From Thermoplasmata archaeon (lineage in GTDB: Archaea; Thermoplasmatota; Thermoplasmata; Lutacidiplasmatales; UBA184), in NCBI GenBank assembly GCA_035656255.1, contig DASRSV010000030.1, positions 1,338-65,337 on the forward strand: 64,000 bases of DNA. The letters are read 5' to 3'. Position numbers and translations under genes: made by a program. The notes below the pieces were generated by a model. The model saw nothing but the letters and a program-made list of their open reading frames with translations, was not told the DNA's origin and did no database searches. Every line of letters starts with the position of its first letter. Positions within the stretch are counted from its first letter, which is position 1. Positions 8,919 through 17,995 of this stretch are shown one piece after another.

Positions 8919-10109
8919 ATGAACCGCGATGCGAGGCGCGGGGGAGCGCGCACGCCGGATCGGTCGGAGGGGATTCACACCGTCCCGGCCGCGATGCGCG
9001 CGGCGCTGACCGCTCGAGCCAACGGTGCGGGGATTGTCGGATTCGACACGTTCGTCGAGATCGCTCTCTACACCCCCGGCGTCGGGTACTACGCCCGCGA
9101 GACTACGACCATTGGACCTCAGGGTGACTTCTACACGGCCCCCCAAGTGCACCCTATCTTCGGGGCGGTGGTCGCCCAGCACGTCCTCGCCGAGTTCGAG
9201 CGCCTCGGACGACCGTCGGGGTTCACCTTCGCGGAGCTCGGCCCGGGCGACGGCACGCTCTCGGGGACGGTGCTGGAGGCGATCGGCGAAGACCGGCGCG
9301 CCGACGGGTGGAGCGTTCGCCTCATCGACCGATCGGTCCCTCTCGGGGACGCGGCCTTCCGGCGGGTCCGCGCGGCCGCGTTCCCGGGCCGGTTCGACGT
9401 CCGGTCGATGGGCTCGATCGCGGAGGGCGGACCGTTCGTCGGGGTCGTCCTCGCGAACGAGCTGCTCGACGCCCAACCGTTCCGACGCTTCGTCCGACGG
9501 GCGGGAGAGTGGCGTGAGATCGGGGTGCGGCTCCGGGGTGACTCGTTGGAGCCGACCGAATCCGAGCTCCTGGCGCCCATCGCCGGCGGGCCATTGCCGG
9601 ACCGCGCCCCCGACGGGACGGTGTTCGAGCTCTCCGAGATCGCCGAGGCCGTGCTCCGCGAGGTCGCCGACAATCTGCTCGCCGGCGGCGCGGTGTTCTT
9701 CGACTACGGGGCGACCGAGGACGAGCTCGTCCGGGGGCGCCCGCGGGGAACCGCGACGGCGGTTCGCGCCCACCGCGTGGTCGACGATCTGACCGCGGAC
9801 GCGGGCCAGGTCGACTTGAGCAGTTTTGTCAACTTCACGCGGATGGAGGACGCGTCCGCTCGCGCGGGATTCGAGATCGTCCGGTCGGAAGTACAACGCA
9901 ACGCGTTGGCGGCGTGGGGGTTCGAGGGCGTTCTTGACGCGATGCGCGGCCGTACGACGTCGACGGAGGAGCGGCTCCGCCTCGACCTCGCCGCCAAGCG
10001 GATCCTGTTCGATTTCGAGTCGTTCCGGTGCCTCGAACTCCGACCCCCACGATCGGCGGGTCCACCTCCACGGGGACCTGCCGTTCCCGCCGCAACGGGA
10101 CCGAACTGA
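8919..10109 (+). CDS. MidA/NDUFAF7-family SAM-dependent methyltransferase
   Basis: ALYTPGVGYY, GDFYTAPQVHPIFG, ELGPGDGTL, ANELLDAQP, FDYG, GQVDLSSFVNF; start may be 8994. Confidence 0.88.
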   Translation: MNRDARRGGARTPDRSEGIHTVPAAMRAALTARANGAGIVGFDTFVEIALYTPGVGYYARETTTIGPQGDFYTAPQVHPIFGAVVAQHVLAEFERLGRPSGFTFAELGPGDGTLSGTVLEAIGEDRRADGWSVRLIDRSVPLGDAAFRRVRAAAFPGRFDVRSMGSIAEGGPFVGVVLANELLDAQPFRRFVRRAGEWREIGVRLRGDSLEPTESELLAPIAGGPLPDRAPDGTVFELSEIAEAVLREVADNLLAGGAVFFDYGATEDELVRGRPRGTATAVRAHRVVDDLTADAGQVDLSSFVNFTRMEDASARAGFEIVRSEVQRNALAAWGFEGVLDAMRGRTTSTEERLRLDLAAKRILFDFESFRCLELRPPRSAGPPPRGPAVPAATGPN

Positions 10110-10130
10110 ACGCCCGCCTTGGGGTCCGGC

Positions 10131-10781
10131 CTAGGTCATCGCGCGGCGGACGTCGGCCCCGACGCGCTCCGCCACTTTTGAATCGACCAGAATCCTCGCG
10201 ATCTTCTCGGGAAGCGAAAGCACGTCGTCCTTTCGGAGTTCGATCGACTCGGTGCCGGTGTCGATCGCCCGCTGGTCCTGCAGGATCCGAACGAAGACGG
10301 GCGGGGCGGGCGCCGGAGCGCCCTCCGGCGCTTGGGGCGCCGCGACCGGGCCGGCGGCAGGGTGGGAGCCGGCCAGCGACGTCGGCGTCGGCCCGGACGC
10401 GCCCTCGAGGTACGGCGCGACCGTCGACCGGTGCGCGGCCAAGACCTGGGTCAGCTCGTCGAACAGGCCGCGCTCCTCGGCCAGCAGGTTCGCGACGTCC
10501 TTCGCACCGCCGACCGCGGCCTGGAACGCGAAGGAGACGACCTTCGTCATCCGCGCCTCGACGACGTCGCGGGCGATCTGCGACGCCCGCTGGTACGTCT
10601 GGCGTGCGAGCTCGCTCTTCTTCCCCGCCGGGTTCTCGCGGACCTCGCGTTCGAACGTAGCGCGCGCGTCGCCCAGGTAGACCCGCGTCGCGGCGTAGAA
10701 GTCGTGCGGCAGCTTGCTCAAGCCCCGAGCGGCGGACTCCGCTCGCCGCCACTCGAGGAGCTGGGTGTAGTGATCCGGCAC
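10131..10781 (-). CDS. GINS complex subunit (Gins51-like)
   Basis: LSKLPHDFY, ARMTKV, NLLAEERGLF, C-terminal VRILQD...LRKDDVLSLPEKIARILV; GTG start at 10781. Confidence 0.8.
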   Translation of the reverse strand: MPDHYTQLLEWRRAESAARGLSKLPHDFYAATRVYLGDARATFEREVRENPAGKKSELARQTYQRASQIARDVVEARMTKVVSFAFQAAVGGAKDVANLLAEERGLFDELTQVLAAHRSTVAPYLEGASGPTPTSLAGSHPAAGPVAAPQAPEGAPAPAPPVFVRILQDQRAIDTGTESIELRKDDVLSLPEKIARILVDSKVAERVGADVRRAMT

Positions 10782-10878
10782 CGACGACGCTCCCCTCTGG
10801 CGAGAGGGGACGGAGGCTAAGAGCGTTCGGAAACCTACCGGCCCGGCGGACGGTGACTTCGCCGTCCCGGAGCCGTTC

Positions 10879-11325
10879 TTGGAGCCGACCGACCCTCGGC
10901 GGGAGGCATGGCGCGACTTTGTCGAGCTATGGACCGATCTCCAACGGCGCACGAACGAGGAGCGGGCCGTGGTGGTCGTCGAGGGAGAGCGCGACCGGGC
11001 CTCCCTGCAGGCGCTCGGAATCCAGGGCACGATCGTCCTCGTCCACAACGGCCATTCGTTGGCCGCGGTCGCTCAATCGCTCGCCGAACTGCGTCGACCG
11101 GTGGTCGTTCTGACCGACTGGGATACGGAAGGAGGTCATCTCGCCCGGCGTCTGCGCGAGTTCCTCGAGGCGAGCGGTGTCCGTTTCGATCTCGATTTCC
11201 GCCGGAAACTGTCTCGGAGGTTGAAGGGCGAGCTCGTCCACGTCGAGGGACTGGCCGGCTGGGCCCGACGCTCCGCCGAGCGCGAGGGCGCTCCGCTCGA
11301 CCACTTCCTCTCTCCCGAACGGTAG
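10879..11325 (+). CDS. Small Toprim-domain protein
   Basis: VVVEGERDRASLQALG, VLTDWDTEG, HVEGL. Confidence 0.85.
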   Translation: MEPTDPRREAWRDFVELWTDLQRRTNEERAVVVVEGERDRASLQALGIQGTIVLVHNGHSLAAVAQSLAELRRPVVVLTDWDTEGGHLARRLREFLEASGVRFDLDFRRKLSRRLKGELVHVEGLAGWARRSAEREGAPLDHFLSPER

Positions 11326-11605
11326 GCTCGAGCCGTCCCTGCCGGCCGACCCCCCGCCCTTCGGGAGGCCCGGCACGCCGGGACGCTCCTCTCCTACGGG
11401 TGAACGGACGAGGACGGCATCGAGGCGGGCACCTCGAGCGGGGTCTCCCGCACCGGGGCGGCTCCCACGTCGGCCCGCCGCCCCCGCCGGGATCCATCCC
11501 CTAGGTCGCACGGCGGGACGTCGGCTGAGATCTCGGGATGGTGGCCGCGATCCAGTCAGGCGCGCGCCCGTGAATCGTGCTCCCAACCAAGGGGGGGTAC
11601 GCGGG

Positions 11606-12853
11606 TCAGCCGAATCCGATCCCCGTCAGGGCCGAGAGGAGTGAAGGGTTGGCCGCGCTCCCGACCGCGACGAGCCGCAGCGACCCCTTCAGATTGTTCG
11701 GGCAGGAGAAGAAGCTGGGTCCGTCCCACGAGCCGCCCGTCGCCGCCGAGAGCGCGCACCCCGACGTCAGGATCCGGTAGATGTCGCCGCGGACGATCGT
11801 ACCGTTCGGACCGCCCCCCGTCCGACCGGCGGGCCACTGCTTCGAGAGCGGATCGGTCACCCCGTTGTAGAGCGAGATCGTGTCCACGGTGCAGTTACCG
11901 CCCAAGGAACGCGCGCAGAGCGGCCCGGATCGAGCGAGCCACGCGATCGAGTCGTTCGCAATGCCGTTCGACGACCGGGCCCACCCTTCGCACCACGGGC
12001 TCTTCAGGCCAGCACCGAATGTGTACTGAGGCTCACAGTTCGGGCTCTGGCAGCTCCCACGGCAGTACGCCGAGTAGTCCGACGCGCTGACCGAGTAGTT
12101 GACGGAGTACCCTTGGGACCGCGGCGCGGTCGAGCCAATGAGGACGACGACGTGGTGGGCCTTCGTCGACCAGTTGAATCCGCGCGTCCCGAGGGCTCCG
12201 TAGAGCGCGGTTACGGACGAAGAGTGGAGGATGTTGTCCGAAAGGTCGGAGTCCGCGTAGGTCCCACCGCCGCCCAGGACGTGCGCGCGGAACGAAAGGT
12301 TCACGGCCGACTGGAAGGTCGCGGCCGCGGTGAAATTCCGGACGTCCACGTGGAAAGCACTCCCGTCACCGTCGTCGAACTTGTCGGCGGTAGCGAAGAA
12401 GTCCGCGAGACCGAACGTGACCTTCGTTCCCGGATGCCCTGCCGCGATCGCGGAGGCGATCTGGCCCGCCCGGATCACAAAGAACGGCCCGCCGTTCGAC
12501 TCGTTGCACACGTGGATGGAGTTCGGGGCGCCGGCGCAGGCATCGTATCCAGGGTCGCCGGCCGTAGCGTCATAGAAACCGTCGTAGGCCGTCGTCTCCA
12601 GCAGGAACGCGACCTGGACCGCCGACCAGTTGCTCGAACTTCCGCCCGACGGGAGCGGGAGCGTGGCCGAGGAGGCCCCGGCGCCGGACCAAGTCGCCGG
12701 CGGACCGCTGATGTGGGTTCCGGCCGAGACTACGGCGACGAGGGCCACGACGGTGACGGCGAACCCCACGAGGAGTCCCCGCGGTCGGCGGGCTCGCGGT
12801 AGGGATGCGCTTCTTGGCCCGGTGTGCGCCCGTCCCGCACGTCGAGCGTCCAC
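11606..12853 (-). CDS. Secreted or anchored protein with a divergent vWA-like domain
   Basis: N-terminal hydrophobic helix; VAFLLETT, VTFGLADF, NWSTKAHHVVVLIGSTAP; several Cys. Confidence 0.6.
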   Translation of the reverse strand: MDARRAGRAHTGPRSASLPRARRPRGLLVGFAVTVVALVAVVSAGTHISGPPATWSGAGASSATLPLPSGGSSSNWSAVQVAFLLETTAYDGFYDATAGDPGYDACAGAPNSIHVCNESNGGPFFVIRAGQIASAIAAGHPGTKVTFGLADFFATADKFDDGDGSAFHVDVRNFTAAATFQSAVNLSFRAHVLGGGGTYADSDLSDNILHSSSVTALYGALGTRGFNWSTKAHHVVVLIGSTAPRSQGYSVNYSVSASDYSAYCRGSCQSPNCEPQYTFGAGLKSPWCEGWARSSNGIANDSIAWLARSGPLCARSLGGNCTVDTISLYNGVTDPLSKQWPAGRTGGGPNGTIVRGDIYRILTSGCALSAATGGSWDGPSFFSCPNNLKGSLRLVAVGSAANPSLLSALTGIGFG

Positions 12854-13027
12854 GATCTTGTCGAGCCGGGCATGTGTCTTAATCCTCCCCTATTCGCACC
12901 GCGGCGGGCGGTAGTTCGCTCACGCGAAGTCCTCCCGGTACATCGGGCGCACCGGCAGGGGCCCGAGAGGGACCGACCGGATCTGCACCCTCGCCCCGCG
13001 AGTCCCGCGAGACAGCGGCGTGAGATA

Positions 13028-13642
13028 CTACGGAATGACTTTCGTCTGGGTCCGGCGCGTGTCGCGGCGATTGCGCGAGCGGGACGGACGGAACCGTTCG
13101 GTTCCCTTGCCGGTCCAGCGGAGGCCGCGTCCCTCGCGGCCCGCACGGGTGAGCCCTCGGAAGACCCGTCCCTTGTGGACCGGGTCCGCGATCCACGAAA
13201 GGTGCGGGTCGCTCAGGATCTCCGGATGGACCGGGTCGATGAGGACGACCTCGTAGAACTTCTGCTTCCCGTCCTCGCCGACCCAGTAGGAGTTCAGCAC
13301 CTCGAGGTTCGGGTAGTGCTTCTGCGCCCGCTCCTCTGCGATCCGCTGAAGGCTTTTCGCGAGCGTCATCCGGAGGATCCCCTTGTGCTTCGGTCGCCGC
13401 CCGGCGATGATCGCGCGCTTGTTCTGGCCGCCCCGACGGACGCGGACGCGGGCGAGCACGAATCCCCCCTTCGCCTTCCACCCGATCGCGCGCGCGCGGT
13501 CGAGCCGGGTCGGGTGCTCGAGGCGGGTGACCGACTCCTGCTGACGCCAGTGCAGCAGGCGCTCGTGCCGTAGCGCCGCGCCCTCGGGACCCTGCGTCGC
13601 CCGGAACGACCGGGACATGTACCGATACGCCGAGGTACCCAT
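13028..13642 (-). CDS. rpl15e: 50S ribosomal protein L15e
   Basis: PTRLDRARAIGWKAKGG, RVRVRRGG, IAEERA, NLEVLNSYWVGEDG, RVFRGLT. Confidence 0.97.
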   Translation of the reverse strand: MGTSAYRYMSRSFRATQGPEGAALRHERLLHWRQQESVTRLEHPTRLDRARAIGWKAKGGFVLARVRVRRGGQNKRAIIAGRRPKHKGILRMTLAKSLQRIAEERAQKHYPNLEVLNSYWVGEDGKQKFYEVVLIDPVHPEILSDPHLSWIADPVHKGRVFRGLTRAGREGRGLRWTGKGTERFRPSRSRNRRDTRRTQTKVIP

Positions 13643-13669
13643 GGAAGCGGCGGCCGACCTGAGAACGAC

Positions 13670-13675
13670 TTAAAA
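13670..13675 (-). promoter_or_regulatory. TATA box of rpl15e
   Basis: TTTTAA on the minus strand ~28 nt upstream of the ATG in a very GC-rich context. Confidence 0.6.
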
Positions 13676-13677
13676 GC

Positions 13678-14118
13678 CTATGGCCGGGGACGCGCGGCGT
13701 TCGACACCGCCGGCGCGTCCTGGGCCGGCGCCGACTCCCACGGAAGCTGACTCCCCGGCGCGCGCGTCACTTTCGATGTACCGTGGGTCTCCGTGAGAAC
13801 GGACCGCTCGACGTGCGCGAACAGCTCGCGTGCGAACCGGATCATCCGGGGTCGGTCGGGCTCGGTGATCGACTCCGGCCGGTCCCACGTCGCCGCCGAA
13901 CCACCGCTCGTCGGGTAGACATGGAACGCGATCTCCTTCCCCCCGTCCGGGACCGCCGGATTCATCCGGTTGAGCCGGGCGAGGACGCCGCTCTCGGACG
14001 GGTCGGTCGATTCGGTGCGTTCCACGGCGAACCCCGCGGACGTGAGGTACTCCGCGATGTGCGAGGCGAACCGCTCGCGCCCGATCCCGCGTACCCGGGC
14101 CCAGTCCCGTTCAGTCAT
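13678..14118 (-). CDS. Hypothetical protein
   Basis: ATG start overlaps the trmJ stop; protein-like composition and GC-rich third positions. Confidence 0.7.
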   Translation of the reverse strand: MTERDWARVRGIGRERFASHIAEYLTSAGFAVERTESTDPSESGVLARLNRMNPAVPDGGKEIAFHVYPTSGGSAATWDRPESITEPDRPRMIRFARELFAHVERSVLTETHGTSKVTRAPGSQLPWESAPAQDAPAVSNAARPRP

Positions 14119-14884
14119 CCCGTTCGGCCGCCCGCCGCTCGAGGCCCTTCAGGAACCCGAGGAGCATTCGCAGCTCCGCCTCGCTCGGCGTCGCGCGACC
14201 GAGCAGGCGTCGGAACAGCAGTAGAAGACCCTTGCGCTTGTGCGCCGGATACCCGGTCCGGCGGGCGAGCGCCCCGATCCGTTCGAGCAGGAGCTCCTTC
14301 TCGCGCCCGTCGAGGAGGACGGTCTCGGGCTGCGGCGTGCTCTGCGGATGGTCGCCGCCTTGGCCGCGGTGGATCGCGTAGAGGACGACCCCGGCGGCGT
14401 GCGAGAGGTTGAGGGTCGGGAACTCGCGACGGGCCGGGACGTGCACGAGCAGGTCGCAGCGGGCGAGCTCCTCGCGTCCCAGCCCGTTGTCCTCGGGGCC
14501 GAATGCCACGGCGACGGTCCCGGCCGTGAGGCGTACCAGCTCCCCCAGCTTCTCGGGGGGCACGGAGTGGCGGAGGTAGGCCCGCGACCGACCGTTCACG
14601 AGGTCGGTCGTGCCGACGACGAAGTCGGCGTCGTCCACCGCTTCGTCGAATGATCGAACGCGCTTCGCCGCCGTGAGCAACGCCAACCCTCCCATCGCCC
14701 GGCGCCGGGCGACGGCGCCGATGCGCGCCCGTGCCGCCACGAGGACGATCTCGTCCGCCCCGAAGTTCCGCGCGAGGCGCGCGACGGCCCCGACGTTCCC
14801 GTCCTCCTTGGGACGGACGAGCACGACCCGCAGCCGGGCGGTCAGGCCGCCTCGCCCTCCGCGAAGAGCCGACGGACCATCCAC
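14111..14884 (-). CDS. trmJ: SPOUT tRNA C32/U32 2'-O-methyltransferase, TrmJ family
   Basis: VVLVRPKEDGNVGAVAR..NFG, FGPEDNGL, PTLNLSHA. Confidence 0.88.
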   Translation of the reverse strand: MDGPSALRGGRGGLTARLRVVLVRPKEDGNVGAVARLARNFGADEIVLVAARARIGAVARRRAMGGLALLTAAKRVRSFDEAVDDADFVVGTTDLVNGRSRAYLRHSVPPEKLGELVRLTAGTVAVAFGPEDNGLGREELARCDLLVHVPARREFPTLNLSHAAGVVLYAIHRGQGGDHPQSTPQPETVLLDGREKELLLERIGALARRTGYPAHKRKGLLLLFRRLLGRATPSEAELRMLLGFLKGLERRAAERDD

Positions 14885-16074
14885 TTCGAGTCGAACCGCC
14901 GCAGGTCGCCGTACCCTTGGCCGACCCCGACATAGTACACCGGCTTTCCGGTGACGAAGGTCGCGGAGAGGGCCGCGCCGCCCTTCGCATCCGCGTCGAG
15001 CTTGGTGAGGATCAGCCCGTCGATGCCGAGCGCTTCCTGGAATCGCTTCGCCTGCTCGGTGACGTCGTTGCCGCTCAACGCGTCCCCCACGAACAGGGTG
15101 AGCTGGGGGGCGACGACACGCCGGATCTTCTTCGCCTCTTCGACGAGGTTCTCGTTGGTGTGCTGCCGGCCGGCCGTATCGACCAGGACGACGTCGAGGT
15201 GGCGAGCCTTCGCGTGCGCGACCGCGTCATAGGCGACCGCGGCGGGGTCGCTCCCCTCCTGTTGTCGGACGACCTTGATCCCGAGTCGCTCGCCGTGGAC
15301 GAGCAGTTGCTCGATCGCACCGGCCCGGAACGTGTCCCCCGCCGCGATCGCGACGCCGAGGCCCTGGTCCCGGAAATAGCCGGCGAGCTTCGCGACGGTC
15401 GTGGTCTTGCCGGTGCCGTTCACGCCGACGAACATCACCACGAACGGCTTTGTGGGGAATGCCCGGATCTGCGCGACGAGGTCGGGAGCGGTGCGGCTCA
15501 GGATCGACTGGACCGAGCCCTCGAGCGTCGCGCGGACCGCTTCGTCGACCTCGACCCCCCACTTGAGCTTCCGACCGGCGAGGCTCTTCCCGACGTCGCG
15601 CCGTAGCCGCTCGACGACCGCGAGCGCAACGTCCGACTCGAGCAGAGCGATTTCGAGGTCGTCCAGGACGTCGTCGAGCGCGGCGTCCTTGATTCGGGTC
15701 CCGAAGAACCCGTCCGAGAACATCTCCGCGGGGGGGGCAGTGCTCGGGCGCGGAGTGGGCGTTCGGACGGGGGTCGGGGAGGGACGGGCCGGGGCGGGTG
15801 TCTGTGGGCCGACTGCCCGGGCAGCGGACGCCGGCCGTGCGCCGGCCGCGGCCAGCCCGGTAGGTCGAGAGGTCGTAGAGGGAGTTCGTGTCGACGGAGA
15901 ACCTCGGGGGGGGGCCGGCCCTCCCTTCGGGGTTGCCGCCAAATTTGGGCTCGTGGCCGCCGGCTCCGCCCGGCGCGTCGCCGGTTTCTCCGAGGTCATC
16001 GGCGCCGGCACGGGCGCTTCGGCTGGGGGCTCGTCCTCGTGACGCCGGAATCGCGCCTTAATCGCGGCCCACAT
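14842..16074 (-). CDS. ftsY: SRP receptor FtsY with a Pro/Ala-rich N-terminal linker
   Basis: LLESDVA, GVNGTGKTTTVAKLA, DTFRAGAIEQL, DTAGR, TKLDADAKGG, GQGYGDL. Confidence 0.96.
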   Translation of the reverse strand: MWAAIKARFRRHEDEPPAEAPVPAPMTSEKPATRRAEPAATSPNLAATPKGGPAPPRGSPSTRTPSTTSRPTGLAAAGARPASAARAVGPQTPAPARPSPTPVRTPTPRPSTAPPAEMFSDGFFGTRIKDAALDDVLDDLEIALLESDVALAVVERLRRDVGKSLAGRKLKWGVEVDEAVRATLEGSVQSILSRTAPDLVAQIRAFPTKPFVVMFVGVNGTGKTTTVAKLAGYFRDQGLGVAIAAGDTFRAGAIEQLLVHGERLGIKVVRQQEGSDPAAVAYDAVAHAKARHLDVVLVDTAGRQHTNENLVEEAKKIRRVVAPQLTLFVGDALSGNDVTEQAKRFQEALGIDGLILTKLDADAKGGAALSATFVTGKPVYYVGVGQGYGDLRRFDSKWMVRRLFAEGEAA

Positions 16075-16525
16075 CGCCCGCCGGCGGGGCCGACGTGCTC
16101 CGCGAGAGTGCTTCGACGCGCTGCGACATCGCCTCGATGCGCTGCTCGAGCGTCCCAATCTGGCCCTCGAGGTCGCGTGCGGCTTGGTCCAGCTTGGTGA
16201 GGCGCTCGGCGAGCATCTCGCTCGCCTTCGGCGCCTCGAGTTCGACGACCACGCCCGCGCCCAGCCCGAGCAGCACCTTCTGTTCCGGATGCGCGGTCCC
16301 CCGCAGGAACGCGTCCGCGCCGAGCGGGATCAGGATCTCCGAGCCTTCCACCGCCCGCTCGAGCCCCTCAAGCGCTTCGCGCGAGCGAAGGTGGTCGCCG
16401 CGGGAGGCGGTCAGGTACTGATGCTGCTGGAGCATGGCGGAGAGTTGGGATCGGTACGCTTCGAGCCGGACAAGGTCCTCCTGGATCTGCTGCTCCGCGT
16501 CGCGCGGAGGAGCGACGGAGCTCAC
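16058..16525 (-). CDS. pfdA: Prefoldin alpha subunit
   Basis: Coiled coils flanking EILIPLGADAF...KVLLGLGAGVVVE; synteny LX-pfdA-ftsY. Confidence 0.9.
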   Translation of the reverse strand: MSSVAPPRDAEQQIQEDLVRLEAYRSQLSAMLQQHQYLTASRGDHLRSREALEGLERAVEGSEILIPLGADAFLRGTAHPEQKVLLGLGAGVVVELEAPKASEMLAERLTKLDQAARDLEGQIGTLEQRIEAMSQRVEALSRSTSAPPAGDVGRD

Positions 16526-16707
16526 GGTGTCGCCTCGGCGACCGACTCGATCACGATCGATCGACGGGGGACGTGGTGGCATCCACCGATCTCGGAAAGC
16601 GCCCATTCGCGGGCGTGCGCCGCGTCGGGGGCTTCACAGCTCGAGCGGAACGTCTGGTAGAAGCCCCGCCGCGCAAGGTACCGGCCCTGAATGGTGAATG
16701 TCGCCAT
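16522..16707 (-). CDS. rplX: 50S ribosomal protein LX/L18Ae
   Basis: FTIQGRY..FR...EA....AREWALSEIGGCHHVPRRSIVI; conserved position upstream of pfdA. Confidence 0.85.
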   Translation of the reverse strand: MATFTIQGRYLARRGFYQTFRSSCEAPDAAHAREWALSEIGGCHHVPRRSIVIESVAEATP

Positions 16708-16827
16708 CGCGTCCCTAAGAGCATCCGACCACCGACGCTTGAGCCATAAAGCTGCCTCGGCGCGGACCGCGCGCCGGCGCGGCGTTCGTCCCGAGGCGTC
16801 GGCTCGTACCCGCCGCGGGGACCGGTA

Positions 16828-17082
16828 TCACTCAGGTGAGCCCCCGGTCCCTTCACCCGGTGCGGATTCCTGAGCTCGGTGCTCCTCGAACTTTCGCCGC
16901 TCGAGCTCCCAGCGGGCGCGCCGGGCCCAGAGCGCTTCATCGACCGGCCGCTCCGGCTCGGGCGCGGGGGGCTCCGCTCCGACCTCAGGTTCGACGCCCC
17001 GAGGCGGCCCCGGCTCGGCGTCGAGCTGCCGGACGTGGGCCGGCCCTCGAGCTACGCCGCGACGGCCGCGACCCCGGCCCAC
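16828..17082 (-). CDS. Small hypothetical protein
   Basis: GTG at 17082 after GAGGTGGAGG; GC-rich third positions; EALWARRARWELERRKFEEH helix. Confidence 0.4.
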   Translation of the reverse strand: MGRGRGRRGVARGPAHVRQLDAEPGPPRGVEPEVGAEPPAPEPERPVDEALWARRARWELERRKFEEHRAQESAPGEGTGGSPE

Positions 17083-17951
17083 CGTTCCTCCACCTCTTCG
17101 TCCGTGAAGGCGATCGTCGGGGAGAACACGACCCGGTCGCCCCATCGCACGCGCGCCTCACCGTACTCCTCGAGCTGGAGCGGCAGCACTATCCCGTCCG
17201 CGTGGAGCTCGTCAGCGAGCTGAACCAACGACGGATGGACGGTCTCGGGAGCATCCGGCGCGAGCTCCACGCGGCCCTCGGGGTCGAACCGCTGGAGGAT
17301 CTCCCGGACGATGCTCTCGCTCGCCCGGGTGGCGACGATCCCGGTCCGGCACCCGCGCTTCATCATCAGGTAGGCCCCAAGGCCGCCCCGGACGCCGTCG
17401 ACGAGGGCGACGACCTTCCCTGCGACCCCGAGGGGAAGTCCTCCCGGGCCACCTTCGCGGCCGAACGAAAGGTACGTCCGCGGTCCGCGTACCTCCACGC
17501 TCAGCTCCACGTCCGGCGCCTCGAGACGGACCGTGAGGTGCCGTTCGGGCCAGCGGGCCAGGACGGCCGCGCCGAGGACGCGCGCGAGCTCCTGGCTCGT
17601 GAACGGGTGGGTCCCTGTCCGCCGCGCCCGGACCGCGAAGCTGGCCCGCTCGGGGAGGTGAACGTCCGCCAGCGCGAGCAGGCGCGACTCGATCGCGGCC
17701 GGCTCGCTGGGGACTTCGAAGACCTCGCTCACCGAGGTGACCCCGAAGACTCGACGAAGGAGTCGTACCGCGGCCACGACGTCCGCCGCCTCGACGTAGA
17801 GGTGGCCATGGTCGGCGCGCACATGGCACTCCGCCCGAGCGGCGCGGAACTGGGCGAGGATGTTGCGGACCAGGGTCCGCTCGAACTCGCGGCGGACCGG
17901 AGCCGACTTGAGCGCGAGTTCGCCGTAGCGGACGAGGACGAGCCCAGCCAC
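17052..17951 (-). CDS. thiI: ThiI-like THUMP-domain protein with a degenerate PP-loop
   Basis: LVRYGELALKS, VFGVTSVS, SFAVRARRTG.H.FTS, GPGGLPLG..GKVVAL, YLMMKRGC; SGGxDS absent. Confidence 0.8.
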   Translation of the reverse strand: MAGLVLVRYGELALKSAPVRREFERTLVRNILAQFRAARAECHVRADHGHLYVEAADVVAAVRLLRRVFGVTSVSEVFEVPSEPAAIESRLLALADVHLPERASFAVRARRTGTHPFTSQELARVLGAAVLARWPERHLTVRLEAPDVELSVEVRGPRTYLSFGREGGPGGLPLGVAGKVVALVDGVRGGLGAYLMMKRGCRTGIVATRASESIVREILQRFDPEGRVELAPDAPETVHPSLVQLADELHADGIVLPLQLEEYGEARVRWGDRVVFSPTIAFTDEEVEERWAGVAAVAA

Positions 17952-17995
17952 GACGCTGCCGTTATGTCGGCGGGCCCGCATGAGCGTTGCTTCCG

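Noticed and set aside
11326..11605. RNase P or SRP RNA
   Set aside because: Neither GAGGAAAGTCC-type P4 motifs nor an SRP helix-8 motif was found on either strand
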